Below are positions 48,660 through 58,076 of a DNA stretch of 64,000 nt, piece after piece. A program made the position numbers and the translations under genes. The notes under the pieces were generated by a model. The model made no database searches and had not been told where the DNA came from. It worked only from the letters and a program-made list of their open reading frames with translations. Source of the stretch: Deltaproteobacteria bacterium (GTDB lineage Bacteria > Desulfobacterota > Desulfobulbia > Desulfobulbales > VMSU01); assembly GCA_024275235.1 (NCBI GenBank), contig JAJRZN010000012.1, positions 5,279 through 69,278 on the forward strand, given 5' to 3'. The number at the start of each line of letters is the position of its first letter. The first letter of the stretch is position 1.

Positions 48660-49442
48660 CTAAGTCAGATCGACCAACTCTATCTCACCCCAGGCCCCAA
48701 TCTCCTCACCACGGATAACAACCACTCCGCGAATACCGCTGATCTCTTGAGCCGCGTCCAAGGCCTGAGAAAGGGGAGAATCTATGCCGACCTCATTGCC
48801 CAGACGGGTAGCCGCGGCATCGGCCAAGACGGTACTGGCGGCCAGAACAGTTACCGCGTCAGCCGTTCCGAAGCTCAGAGAATGGCCCACCGATGCTGAA
48901 GAGGTGCAGACCCCCATGGGCATTGCCTCCGCCTTAACCTTGACCCCAACCTTATTACTTAAAGGTGAGGGCCCGGCAAAAATGGCAATCCGGCAATCCT
49001 CCCGGCGGTGTAAAAATATATCACCACCATTTTCAACCACCACCTCATCAATCCCGACTTCAGCCAATAAGCCATTGCCGACATATTCCGCCACTGCCCC
49101 GGCCACTGCCGCCATGGGGCCGACCCCGGCAACGGCAGAGGCCTTAAGCATATCTTTAACAATGGGCGGAGCCAGCCGATCAAGAGAGAGAGGACGCAGA
49201 GAGGATTGAAAGGAAGGATTATGGTTGATATAATTTTCCAACTGATTACGATACTGACGGACTAAATCACAGGCAGGGCCGTGGACATCAGCGGAAGCCA
49301 TAATCAACAGGTCGGTTTCCTTCACCTTAACCTGAAAGGTGGAAAAATCAGCCGCGCCCACGGCCCGCCGATAATCACGTTTTATATATGAATTTGGAGT
49401 GGGTTTAAGATTTCCCCTGCCATATTTTTTGTATTGGGGCAT
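48660..49442 (-). CDS. UPF0280 / ApbE-superfamily protein
   Basis: The pattern VKVKETDLLI...GVGPMAAVAGAVAEYVG...VENGGDIFL resembles the UPF0280 family. This assignment is from memory. Confidence 0.5.
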   Translation of the reverse strand: MPQYKKYGRGNLKPTPNSYIKRDYRRAVGAADFSTFQVKVKETDLLIMASADVHGPACDLVRQYRNQLENYINHNPSFQSSLRPLSLDRLAPPIVKDMLKASAVAGVGPMAAVAGAVAEYVGNGLLAEVGIDEVVVENGGDIFLHRREDCRIAIFAGPSPLSNKVGVKVKAEAMPMGVCTSSASVGHSLSFGTADAVTVLAASTVLADAAATRLGNEVGIDSPLSQALDAAQEISGIRGVVVIRGEEIGAWGEIELVDLT

Positions 49443-49447
49443 ATAAT

Positions 49448-50047
49448 TTGGTCAATCATGGAATTAACGAAAAGCGGCCAGTGGCCTCTGTCAGCCGGCA
49501 GGCAGTTCAAACAAAAGATTATGGCACAGAAGACACAGTTATCATCTTTACTAAATTCCCGCTACCGGGCCTGGTTAAGACCCGGCTGATCCCGGCCCTG
49601 GGGGCTCAAGGAGCCGCTGACTGCCAGCGCAGAATGAGCGAGAAGATCGTCCGCCAGGTTAGAGAGTTAAAGCGTTATAGAGCCACAGACCTCCAGATTC
49701 ACTATCAGGGCGGCAAAACCGAAATGATGGCCGCCTGGCTGGGAGACGATCTGAATTACTATCCTCAGAAAGGGGATGATATAGGCTGCCGCATGACCGC
49801 CGCCTTCCAGCAGGCATTTACCGCAGGCAGCAGACGTATAATTCTGGTCGGCTCTGACTGCCCGGCCCTGACTGCCGCCATTTTACACAGCGCTCTTAAT
49901 AAATTACAACGGCGGGATCTCGTTCTCGGGCCGGCTGTGGACGGCGGATATTACCTCATTGGCCTGAAACACCCCTGCCCGGCACTGTTTACTGAGATAA
50001 GCTGGGGAACCGACAGGGTATTGGCCGAAACCATGAGAAAGGCCTAG
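49448..50047 (+). CDS. DUF2064 / TIGR04282-type transferase (rSAM/selenodomain-associated transferase 1); start uncertain
   Basis: The sequence IIFTKFPLPGLVKTRL...GDDIGCRM...LVGSDCPALT...LGPAVDGGYYLIGL...EISWGTDRV is typical of the family. Confidence 0.7.
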   Translation: MVNHGINEKRPVASVSRQAVQTKDYGTEDTVIIFTKFPLPGLVKTRLIPALGAQGAADCQRRMSEKIVRQVRELKRYRATDLQIHYQGGKTEMMAAWLGDDLNYYPQKGDDIGCRMTAAFQQAFTAGSRRIILVGSDCPALTAAILHSALNKLQRRDLVLGPAVDGGYYLIGLKHPCPALFTEISWGTDRVLAETMRKA

Positions 50048-50084
50048 GAACAAAATCTCTCAGTCGGCCGCGTAGACACCCTTT

Positions 50085-50789
50085 ATGACATCGACCGCCC
50101 GGAAGATCTTAGACATTTCTATAATTATACCAACCCTTAACGAAGCCGGCAATATTGCCCCTACCCTGCGGGCGGCCGCGGCTCCAGAGGTTAGAGAAAT
50201 TATTGTAGTTGACGGCGGCAGTACCGATGACACGCTGGCCATTGCCCAGGCCAATGGCGCCATTATCCGACGCTCTCCAGCAGGACGGGCCCGGCAGATG
50301 AATCACGGTGCGGAGGCAGCGCAAGGCGTCATTCTCCTTTTCCTGCACGCCGATACCCTGTTGCCGCCGGATTTCCAGCATCATATAACACAAATTATGC
50401 AACAGCCCAATACCGCCGCCGGGGCCTTTCGCTTCGCCATGAGCAGCCGGGGAACAGGCAGCCGCCTGGTGGAGGCCGGTACCAATCTAAGAACCCGCCT
50501 CCTGCGTCTGCCCTATGGCGATCAAGCTATCTTTGTCAACAGCGCTTTATTTAAAAAAGCAGGCGGTTATGCCCCGCAGCCCATCCTCGAAGACGTTCTT
50601 CTCATCAAAACTTTAAAGAAATATGGCAGAATCAGAATAGCGCCGGCCGCCGCCATCACTTCTGACCGGCGCTGGCAGCGTCTGGGACTGTTCAAGACTA
50701 CTCTCATCAACCAGGCGATTATGACAGGGTATCTATTTGGCCTGCCCCCCAAGCTTCTTAAGAGCTGGTACAGGATTGGCAAGAAATGA
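50085..50789 (+). CDS. family-2 glycosyltransferase, TIGR04283-type (rSAM/selenodomain-associated transferase 2)
   Basis: It reads ISIIIPTLNEAGNI...IVVDGGSTDDT...GRARQMNHGA...LLFLHADTLLP and is directly paired with the DUF2064 gene. Confidence 0.7.
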   Translation: MTSTARKILDISIIIPTLNEAGNIAPTLRAAAAPEVREIIVVDGGSTDDTLAIAQANGAIIRRSPAGRARQMNHGAEAAQGVILLFLHADTLLPPDFQHHITQIMQQPNTAAGAFRFAMSSRGTGSRLVEAGTNLRTRLLRLPYGDQAIFVNSALFKKAGGYAPQPILEDVLLIKTLKKYGRIRIAPAAAITSDRRWQRLGLFKTTLINQAIMTGYLFGLPPKLLKSWYRIGKK

Positions 50790-51296
50790 GGAGATGGCCG
50801 GAGATTTGGGAATCAGTGACTTCTGCAAGTCCTTATCCTTGATAAAGGAGGTGACAAAACGGGCGCTGCGGGTAAGATATTTGGCACTGAATGATTTTTG
50901 AATAATGGGATTACTGGTAGAGAATATACCAGCGAGGGCCATATAGGCCAGGGTGGAAATAAAAACAGCCTTGGCCAGACCGAATATACCGCCCATGAGC
51001 CGGTCCAACCAGCCCAGGAAAGAGACCTGCATCACCTTTTTCAGACCCGCTCCCAACAGCATAATCAAGACATAGGTCACCAGAAAAAGCAGGGTGTAGG
51101 TAATGACAAAACGAAGTTCAGGATTATGCACCCATTTACCGAGATACCTGGAAAAATGATCATAATAGGCCCCGGCGGCAATATAACCCGTGGTCAGGGC
51201 CAGGACAAAGGCAATCTGCCGGACAAAACCAATCCATACGCCGCGCACCAGAAACAATACTGTAATGGTGATAACACCAATATCAAGAGCTGTCAT
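50733..51296 (-). CDS. cvpA: CvpA family membrane protein
   Basis: It has MTALDIGVITITVLFLVRGVWIGFVRQI and four hydrophobic segments. Its 3' end overlaps the convergent transferase gene by 57 nt. Confidence 0.75.
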   Translation of the reverse strand: MTALDIGVITITVLFLVRGVWIGFVRQIAFVLALTTGYIAAGAYYDHFSRYLGKWVHNPELRFVITYTLLFLVTYVLIMLLGAGLKKVMQVSFLGWLDRLMGGIFGLAKAVFISTLAYMALAGIFSTSNPIIQKSFSAKYLTRSARFVTSFIKDKDLQKSLIPKSPAISSFLANPVPALKKLGGQAK

Positions 51297-51408
51297 AGAG
51301 GTATAAGTTAAATTTTATCGTAAGTCTCTACAGTTAAGACGGATATGGCTGAACAATGGAGACCTGCTGTTTAAGTAATTATGCACTGTACAAGAAAGAC
51401 TATATTTT

Positions 51409-52230
51409 ATGCAAAATAGCAAGAAATTTCCCGGTTCACCGGGCCGGGCAAAGCTCGATATTGCCATCCAGCCCCTGCTCTCCCAGACCGAAATATTAAA
51501 CCTGCCAATTTTCAAGGGGATAAACGTGGCGGCCTGCCGTCTAAAAATCGGCCCGCAGCAAGCTGATCTCGCCCACCGTTATCTCAACCCGGCAGAGCGC
51601 GGGGTCTTACGACAATTCACGTTCCCCCGGCGGGCCGCTCAATGGCTGGCCGGCCGCCTGTGTGCCAAGGCCGCGGCGCTGTCAGTTATTTCTACCTCCA
51701 GCCCATCCCCCGCCGCCTGGCAACAAATAGAGATTAATAACCAGCCCAGCGGCCGCCCGTTTATAGCGCCGAGCAGCGCCGGGCCCATCCCCGACATATC
51801 CATCAGCCATAGCGGCAATCAGGCCGCGGCCCTGGCGGTACGGCCCTTTTTATGCGGCCTGGATCTCCAGGAAATAAAGAACACAAGCCGCATAAAAAGT
51901 CGTTTCGCAAACCCGGAGGAAGAAATTCTTCTACTACGTCAGGGGACTGTTTTAAACCAGTCACCCAAGGCAATGTTTATCATGCTTTGGTCAATAAAAG
52001 AGGCGGTTCGCAAGGCCTTTCCTCTTCACCCCCTGCCAGGTTTTTTAGACTTAAATCTCCAGTCGTTAAGCACGACCACCGGAGGTTTCAGCGGCCGTAT
52101 AGCCTGTCGGCGCTCAGACATGCCTGACATCTTGTCCTTCTTCGCCTTTATTGAAAACAATTACGCCGCCGCCTTCATCATAAATCGTGAGCCCGGCACA
52201 ACAGCGGATAATTATCTGGTAACTATTTAG
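51409..52230 (+). CDS. 4'-phosphopantetheinyl transferase (Sfp-type)
   Basis: It has PSGRPFI...ISISHSGNQAAALAV...GLDLQEI...LWSIKEAVRKA motifs. Confidence 0.7.
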   Translation: MQNSKKFPGSPGRAKLDIAIQPLLSQTEILNLPIFKGINVAACRLKIGPQQADLAHRYLNPAERGVLRQFTFPRRAAQWLAGRLCAKAAALSVISTSSPSPAAWQQIEINNQPSGRPFIAPSSAGPIPDISISHSGNQAAALAVRPFLCGLDLQEIKNTSRIKSRFANPEEEILLLRQGTVLNQSPKAMFIMLWSIKEAVRKAFPLHPLPGFLDLNLQSLSTTTGGFSGRIACRRSDMPDILSFFAFIENNYAAAFIINREPGTTADNYLVTI

Positions 52231-52343
52231 GAGGTCACACAAAGCATGCACCTACCTCAGATTATCACTAATCCTCTTCTTTGCCCCTTGTCTATTTTAT
52301 CCACCTTGCTTATAATAACTATAATAAAGGAGGTGGTGCGCCA

Positions 52344-52661
52344 ATGAATATAAATTCACTCAACAGCCTGAATCCCAATCAGCTGTATCAAAACGTCGAG
52401 AATAGTCAGAATGCCCCCCAGGCTCAAAGGACGCAGAAAAATAATGCTCCGCAAAGCCAAAGCCGAGTAGAAATATCCACCCGCGCCCGGCAGTTACAAC
52501 AGCAGGCCACAACCCAAAAGAGGGAAGACCTTAAGGCTGAACAGAAGCCTGAACCGGGGACAACTGCCCAGGCCAGGGGCAGCGCTGAACGAAATCAGAT
52601 TCGCCAGGCAGAGACCGCGGCCGGTAACGCCAAAGGCCAAGCCATAAATCTTGTCGCCTGA
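52344..52661 (+). CDS. small Q/N-rich hypothetical protein
   Basis: The ATG at 52344 is preceded by AAAGGAGGTGG. It is 105 aa of low-complexity polar sequence. I recognise no family. Confidence 0.4.
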   Translation: MNINSLNSLNPNQLYQNVENSQNAPQAQRTQKNNAPQSQSRVEISTRARQLQQQATTQKREDLKAEQKPEPGTTAQARGSAERNQIRQAETAAGNAKGQAINLVA

Positions 52662-52663
52662 CA

Positions 52664-53341
52664 GTGGATATCGCCCAGCACCTTGCTCAGACCCCTTTGT
52701 TCGGAGGGCTTTCCAGCAGCCTGATTTCTGAACTTTCCATGATCGTTGATGACCAGACCGCAGGACGTGGCGAGACGATATTTTCCGAGGGTGATCCCGG
52801 CCTGGGATTTTACATAATAGTAAGCGGTAAGGTAAAAATTTTTAAACTGTCAGCCGACGGCAAAGAGCAGATTCTCCACATACTTGAGCATCGGGAGCCC
52901 TTTGCTGAAGCGGCCATTTTTGCCGGAGCTCCTTATCCGGCTTACGCCATGGCCATGACCAGAGTTAGATTATTCTTTTTTTCCCGCACGGCCTTCATGG
53001 ACTTAATCCGCACCAAACCGGATCTGGCCATGAATATGATGGCCGCCCTTTCCCGACGTCTCAAAAAATTTACCTCCATGATTGAGGCCCTGTCCCTGAA
53101 AGAGGTTCCCGGCCGCCTGGCCGCCCATTTATTATTGCTCAGTGAGCAGCAGGGCCGGAATGTTGAGCTTGATATCGCCAAAAACAACCTGGCAAGCCTC
53201 CTCGGCACCATTCCGGAAACCCTGTCCCGTATCTTCGCCAAAATGGCCAAAAACGGTTTCATCGAATCCAACGGCAAGCAGATAAAAATTATCGACTTAG
53301 CGGCCCTTGAGGACCTGGCTTCGGGAAGCAGCCGCCTGTAA
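52664..53341 (+). CDS. Crp/Fnr family transcriptional regulator
   Basis: It has a cNMP-binding domain (GDPGLGFYIIVSGKVKIF) and a C-terminal HTH (IPETLSRIFAKMAKNGFI). It uses a GTG start. Confidence 0.85.
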   Translation: MDIAQHLAQTPLFGGLSSSLISELSMIVDDQTAGRGETIFSEGDPGLGFYIIVSGKVKIFKLSADGKEQILHILEHREPFAEAAIFAGAPYPAYAMAMTRVRLFFFSRTAFMDLIRTKPDLAMNMMAALSRRLKKFTSMIEALSLKEVPGRLAAHLLLLSEQQGRNVELDIAKNNLASLLGTIPETLSRIFAKMAKNGFIESNGKQIKIIDLAALEDLASGSSRL

Positions 53342-54718
53342 TTACGAGGTTTTCAAATAAGCCGGTAAAATTTTATGAGCCTGAACCGGATCCATGGGGG
53401 CCTTACGGCGATCAATCTTCAACCCCCTTTCCTCCGCTTTTTTATCTAAAACCATAATATCCTGTTTGGTGGTCAACGGTCTCCCCTCCACATCGGTGAA
53501 AGCTATAAGAGCCGGGCCCTCGCTGTCAAGGACATAGGCCAGCTGGCCATTAATCAGCGAGACCACACTGCCGGAAGGATATATCCCCACCGCCCGGACA
53601 AAGGCATGGAGAATAAACTGGAGCAGGGTATCTTTCTGAGCGTATTTATGAAATATATCCGCCACTACCCCAACCGGGTTCAAGGCCTCTTTATAACAGC
53701 GTTTAGAGGTCATAGCGTCAAATATATCGGCTAACTTACAGACCTTGACATAGGCCGGAATATCCAAGGGAGAGATTTCAGCGGGATAACAGCGTTCCTC
53801 ATCCTCAAAGAGCCGGGCATGGTGATAATGGCTTATTTTACAGAGATATGGATTAATCAAATTGTTTTTCTCCAGGATCTTGATGCCGTTTCTGGTGCTG
53901 TGAGCCTTGACAACCTCAAATTCACTCTTACTCAGCCGACCTTTTTTATTCAGAATCGACTTTTCTACTAACACCTTACCCATATCATGCATAAAAAAAC
54001 CGGCCGAGATATCCTGTAATTCGTCATCCTGAAAATATTTGAAGGCCTGTGGCACATCCTTCGCAGCAGCGGCATTAATGGAGGTCGGTATATTATTAAG
54101 GTGATTATTGACCATGGCATTAAAGTTTTCGTTAAACTTCTTCATTACCACCGTGCCGATCACACAGACATTCAAAGAATGATTATAGAGATATTGATCA
54201 TAAGAAAAAATCTCCCTGGTCAGATATGAAAAAGCGGTCTCATTCTGAGAAACAAAATCAAACAGCTCCCTCACCGTGTCATCAATAGGCTCAAAATCGA
54301 ATTTACCGCCGTTCTCCTGAATCTGGCGCAGGGCATTTTTTAAATTATTCTTGGCCAGAGAGGCCTTCTCTGCCGCGGCCCGCCGCAATTCTTCAATCTC
54401 ATATATACGACGGTCTATCTCTGAAACCGGTGCCGGCTTAGGGGCCGGCTTAGGGGCTGGCGGAGTCTCGCTTTTAACAACAACCGGCTGCCCGGTTTCA
54501 TCCCATAAACCACCATCACCACCGCTGACAATAGAAATTAACTCCACCCCAAATTTTTTAACCCGCAACAGGGGAGCGACATCCGCCACCAGAACATCCC
54601 GTTCCAGAATCAGGCGCCCCTGTTTATTAAAAACATCAACTCCGGTACGGATCTTCCCGCCGGATTGAACAATATCAATTAATTTATCGATGGAAATTCT
54701 AATTTCTCCGTCCGCCAT
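53342..54718 (-). CDS. HD-GYP-like HD-domain protein (GYP motif degenerate)
   Basis: The Met at 54718 has GGGGGAGA upstream. It has HD motifs (FFMHDMGK, ISHYHHARL). It has CYPAEI where HD-GYP proteins have GYP, then LADIFDAMTSKRCYK. Confidence 0.7.
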   Translation of the reverse strand: MADGEIRISIDKLIDIVQSGGKIRTGVDVFNKQGRLILERDVLVADVAPLLRVKKFGVELISIVSGGDGGLWDETGQPVVVKSETPPAPKPAPKPAPVSEIDRRIYEIEELRRAAAEKASLAKNNLKNALRQIQENGGKFDFEPIDDTVRELFDFVSQNETAFSYLTREIFSYDQYLYNHSLNVCVIGTVVMKKFNENFNAMVNNHLNNIPTSINAAAAKDVPQAFKYFQDDELQDISAGFFMHDMGKVLVEKSILNKKGRLSKSEFEVVKAHSTRNGIKILEKNNLINPYLCKISHYHHARLFEDEERCYPAEISPLDIPAYVKVCKLADIFDAMTSKRCYKEALNPVGVVADIFHKYAQKDTLLQFILHAFVRAVGIYPSGSVVSLINGQLAYVLDSEGPALIAFTDVEGRPLTTKQDIMVLDKKAEERGLKIDRRKAPMDPVQAHKILPAYLKTS

Positions 54719-54955
54719 CTTCTCCCCCTTTGCTAAAGGTAATATTGTTAGTTGCAGGCAGGCAACTGCCTGAACAGTTGACAATCATTCTTATTTTACT
54801 TAAAAAAAGAACTTAAAACCAGGGGATTTATGTTTTTTAACCTGGCTAATACCAGTACCAGGTATTTTAAACGGTCTTAAAAAGAAGATGAATTAGTCAT
54901 GACTATTATTGACATGAGCATTCTGAGATGTTAAAAAAATTACATTAAAATTTAC

Positions 54956-55041
54956 GGAGGAATGGCCGAGTGGTTGAAGGCGGCGGTCTTGAAAACCGTT
55001 GTACGAAAGTACCGTGGGTTCGAATCCTACTTCCTCCGCCA
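54956..55041 (+). tRNA. tRNA-Ser (anticodon UGA), CCA encoded
   Basis: GGAGGAATGGCCGAGTGGTTGAAGGCGGCGGTCTTGAAAACCGTTGTACGAAAGTACCGTGGGTTCGAATCCTACTTCCTCCGCCA has a long variable arm, anticodon loop CTTGAAA and the T-loop GGTTCGAATCC. Confidence 0.92.
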
Positions 55042-55113
55042 ATTTTACCGCAAACTCTCCTTCCAGCAGTCAATCAATCCATACAAACTTCCCCGTCAAA
55101 AGGACGAACTTAA

Positions 55114-56088
55114 ATGACAGGCCTAATGCGAAACATCCAGCCGGAGACCGAGAAGATAGATCTTATCATGGGCCAGGATTTAAATGCCGCCATTGACAAT
55201 CCCCTGCTGGGCGAAGTTATAAAATATGCCGTCTTTAACGGCGGTAAACGTATCCGCCCCCTGCTGACTGTCCTGAGTGCCGGATTAGAGGGTCGCAATT
55301 CACCGGATCTTTACCGGCTGGCCCTGACCTTTGAATACCTGCATGCCGCAAGCCTCCTGCACGACGACGTGATTGACCACGCCGAAGAGCGCCGGGGGCG
55401 CAAGGTCGCCAACAAGGTGTGGAGCAATACCCATGTTATTCTCGCTGGTGATTTTCTGCACAGCCATGCCATGCGTCTGGCCGGAACAGTGGGCGGCATA
55501 TCCTGCCTGCAGGTAATATGCCAGGCCGCCGCCGCCATGGTGGAATCAGAATTTTTACAATTACAAAACGCTGAGAAGCAGGAGACAGATGAGGACTATT
55601 ATTTTGCGGTCTTGCGGGGCAAAACTGCCGCCCTGATTGCCGCCGCCTGTGAGTCAGGTGCCATCTTTGCCGGCTGCACCAATGCCGGGAGAGAGGCCCT
55701 GGCTCTGTTCGGCACTAATCTGGGCTTAGCATTCCAGATAATTGATGACCTGCTGGATTATCTGGGTGACGGGGCCAAAACCGGCAAGGCGGTGGGCAAT
55801 GATTTCCAGGAGGGCAAAATGACCCTGCCGCTCCTCTACGCCCTAAGGGGGGATAGCAGCGACAGCCGGGAGTTAAAAAAACTTCTGACAACTTCGGCCG
55901 TTGATCGAAGTAATTATTTCACCAGGGCTCGAGACATAATCTCCATGACAGGAGGATTCACCGCCGCCCGCCGGCGGGCCGTAACTCTGATCGACGAGGC
56001 CCTGGCGGCTCTAAACATATTTCCAGAATCCAGCGCCAAAGACACCCTGCATGCCCTGGCCTATTACGTCCTGGAGCGGGATAAATAA
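55114..56088 (+). CDS. polyprenyl diphosphate synthase (IspB-like)
   Basis: It has two Asp-rich motifs (LLHDDVIDHAEERRG and FQIIDDLLDY). Confidence 0.85.
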   Translation: MTGLMRNIQPETEKIDLIMGQDLNAAIDNPLLGEVIKYAVFNGGKRIRPLLTVLSAGLEGRNSPDLYRLALTFEYLHAASLLHDDVIDHAEERRGRKVANKVWSNTHVILAGDFLHSHAMRLAGTVGGISCLQVICQAAAAMVESEFLQLQNAEKQETDEDYYFAVLRGKTAALIAAACESGAIFAGCTNAGREALALFGTNLGLAFQIIDDLLDYLGDGAKTGKAVGNDFQEGKMTLPLLYALRGDSSDSRELKKLLTTSAVDRSNYFTRARDIISMTGGFTAARRRAVTLIDEALAALNIFPESSAKDTLHALAYYVLERDK

Positions 56089-56961
56089 ATGGCAAAAAAA
56101 CACTCCAAAAAGAGAAAAAGCAAATCTAACCTTTACATCACCTTGCTGTTAACCTTAGTCCTCTTCATCTCCATAGCCTTTGCCCTTTATTTTATTTTCT
56201 TAAGAACTAATCCCACCGCAAGAAACTCCCGGCAAGGGCAAAGATCACCGGAAGAAATAGATGCCAAACCTTACAAGACCCCATTTAAACCCAGAATAGC
56301 AATAATAATCGACGACATAGGCAACCAGAAGAAACTGGCCCTTGCCTTAATGGATCTCAAGCTGAATCTTTCTTTCTCCGTTATGCCCTTTCGCCCATTC
56401 AGCCGGGAGCTGGCCCTTAAGGCTGCCGCTCTGCATCACGACGTCCTCCTCCATCTCCCCATGGAGCCCTATAATCTGCGGCGCTGGAATCCCGGCCCGG
56501 GGGCCTTATTGCTCTCCATGTCTCAGAACGAAATGGGGCGGATTCTGGACCAGGATCTAACAGAGCTGCCAATGGTCATTGGGGTAAACAATCATATGGG
56601 TTCCAAATTTACCGAAAACGTCCCGGCCATGACTTATGTCCTCAAAATCCTTAAATCCCGGCACCTCATCTGGCTTGACAGCCTGACCTCACCAAAGAGC
56701 GTGGGCTTCCGGCTGGGGCGAAAACTGGGGCTTAGAACAGCCAGCCGTGATGTATTTTTAGACAACACCCAAAGCGCCGCCGCCATAACCGTTCAACTCA
56801 ACAAATTAATCAATCTGGCCGACAGACGGGGATACGCCATTGGCATAGCCCACCCTCACCCCTCTACCCTCAAGGCCCTGCGCCTCAACCATGAGCGGCT
56901 GACACAAAAGGTGATTCTCATAGGCCTGCAGCAACTGATCGCGGAAAAGAGCATGCGGTGA
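56089..56961 (+). CDS. divergent polysaccharide deacetylase family protein (YibQ-like)
   Basis: It has an N-terminal TM segment and the motifs IAIIIDDIGN, HLPMEP and NNHMGSKFT. Confidence 0.75.
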   Translation: MAKKHSKKRKSKSNLYITLLLTLVLFISIAFALYFIFLRTNPTARNSRQGQRSPEEIDAKPYKTPFKPRIAIIIDDIGNQKKLALALMDLKLNLSFSVMPFRPFSRELALKAAALHHDVLLHLPMEPYNLRRWNPGPGALLLSMSQNEMGRILDQDLTELPMVIGVNNHMGSKFTENVPAMTYVLKILKSRHLIWLDSLTSPKSVGFRLGRKLGLRTASRDVFLDNTQSAAAITVQLNKLINLADRRGYAIGIAHPHPSTLKALRLNHERLTQKVILIGLQQLIAEKSMR

Positions 56962-56984
56962 TCCAATGAGCGTCATGATCACCC

Positions 56985-57248
56985 CTATAACATCCCGTAT
57001 ATAAAAACAAAATCATCATCATTAACACTGATTCGCAGACGGCCGCCGTGATTATGGCCATAGACCTCCCATCCCGCCTTATCCTTGATCTCGCATTTAA
57101 GGCAGGAGGGGGAGTGAATATCCCGCTGCCGGTCATTCCAGGCAATGAGCATGGCCTCCGGAATCTCCCGCTCAGCCCTTGCTTTAGCCAAATCGGCAGC
57201 CCGTCCGTAATCAACTTCGCCCTCGGCCTTAAGGTTAATTTCACGCAT
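56985..57248 (-). CDS. small conserved hypothetical protein
   Basis: It is an 87-aa ORF from Met 57248 (MREINLKAEGEVDYGRAADLAKA...). I recognise no family. Confidence 0.35.
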   Translation of the reverse strand: MREINLKAEGEVDYGRAADLAKARAEREIPEAMLIAWNDRQRDIHSPSCLKCEIKDKAGWEVYGHNHGGRLRISVNDDDFVFIYGML

Positions 57249-57381
57249 GTCAGTTCCTCCCATATGGGTAATATTAATTGGTATCCAATTAGAATTTTGA
57301 TGAACTTGCCAAAAGTTACTGCGAAAAGTTCTTTTATACAGCTAAGCGCAGACTCCGGGACAGGTGGATCTGAAGTGACGA

Positions 57382-57993
57382 TTATCTAAACAGTTGGTCG
57401 ACCTCAACAACACCAGACCGCAAAAGGCAAAGCTCATCTCCCTGACAACCAATAATAGTGGACCCCTGGCCGCCTGGAGTGGAACCACCGTCCAGGATAT
57501 AATCCAGGCCGCCGCCAAATATCTTTTGCAGCCTGCCGGCGTTTAAGGCCGGGGGCTGGCCTGATATATTGGCGCTGGTTGCGGTTATGGGCCGCCCCAC
57601 CGCCCTGACTAAGGAATGAGCCAGGGCATTAGAAGATACACGGGCACCGATGGTACCGGAAGCAGCGGTAACACGGGGCGGAAGCTCAGGCCTGGCGTTA
57701 AAAATGAGGGTAAGCGGGCCGGGCCAGAAACGGGCCATAAGAGAATTAAAGCAGGGTGGAATAACGGTACTGATGGTGGAGAGCTGAGCCCGGTTCTCAA
57801 TAATAGTGAGCACCGGTTTAGAGAGAGAACGCTGTTTAAGGGCAAAAAGACGATCAAGCGCCTGGCAGTTAAAGGGGTCAACCGCCAGGCCGTAATAAGT
57901 TTCGGTGGGAAAGGCGACAATACCACCCTCTAAGATTATGGCCGCCGCCTCTTCAACAGCCAGGGCCTGTTCTGAAGCTAATGGTGAAGTCAT
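57382..57993 (-). CDS. tsaC: L-threonylcarbamoyladenylate synthase (YrdC/TsaC)
   Basis: It has YrdC-domain motifs (GGIVAFPTETYYGLAVDP, KQRSLSKPV, TATSANISG). Confidence 0.88.
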   Translation of the reverse strand: MTSPLASEQALAVEEAAAIILEGGIVAFPTETYYGLAVDPFNCQALDRLFALKQRSLSKPVLTIIENRAQLSTISTVIPPCFNSLMARFWPGPLTLIFNARPELPPRVTAASGTIGARVSSNALAHSLVRAVGRPITATSANISGQPPALNAGRLQKIFGGGLDYILDGGSTPGGQGSTIIGCQGDELCLLRSGVVEVDQLFR

Positions 57994-58076
57994 ATATTTT
58001 AACGAACTTGTATAGGCAACAAGTCCGCTTTTACGTGGTGAATGGCAGTAAAAGACAGCCGTTCACCACAATTAAG

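Noticed and set aside
50733-50789. There is a 57-nt convergent overlap between the GT2 transferase and cvpA, and a 4-nt overlap between mutM and the histidine kinase at 43770-43773.
   Set aside because: These are probably just tail-to-tail overlaps or slightly mis-extended C-termini. I see no regulatory structure there.
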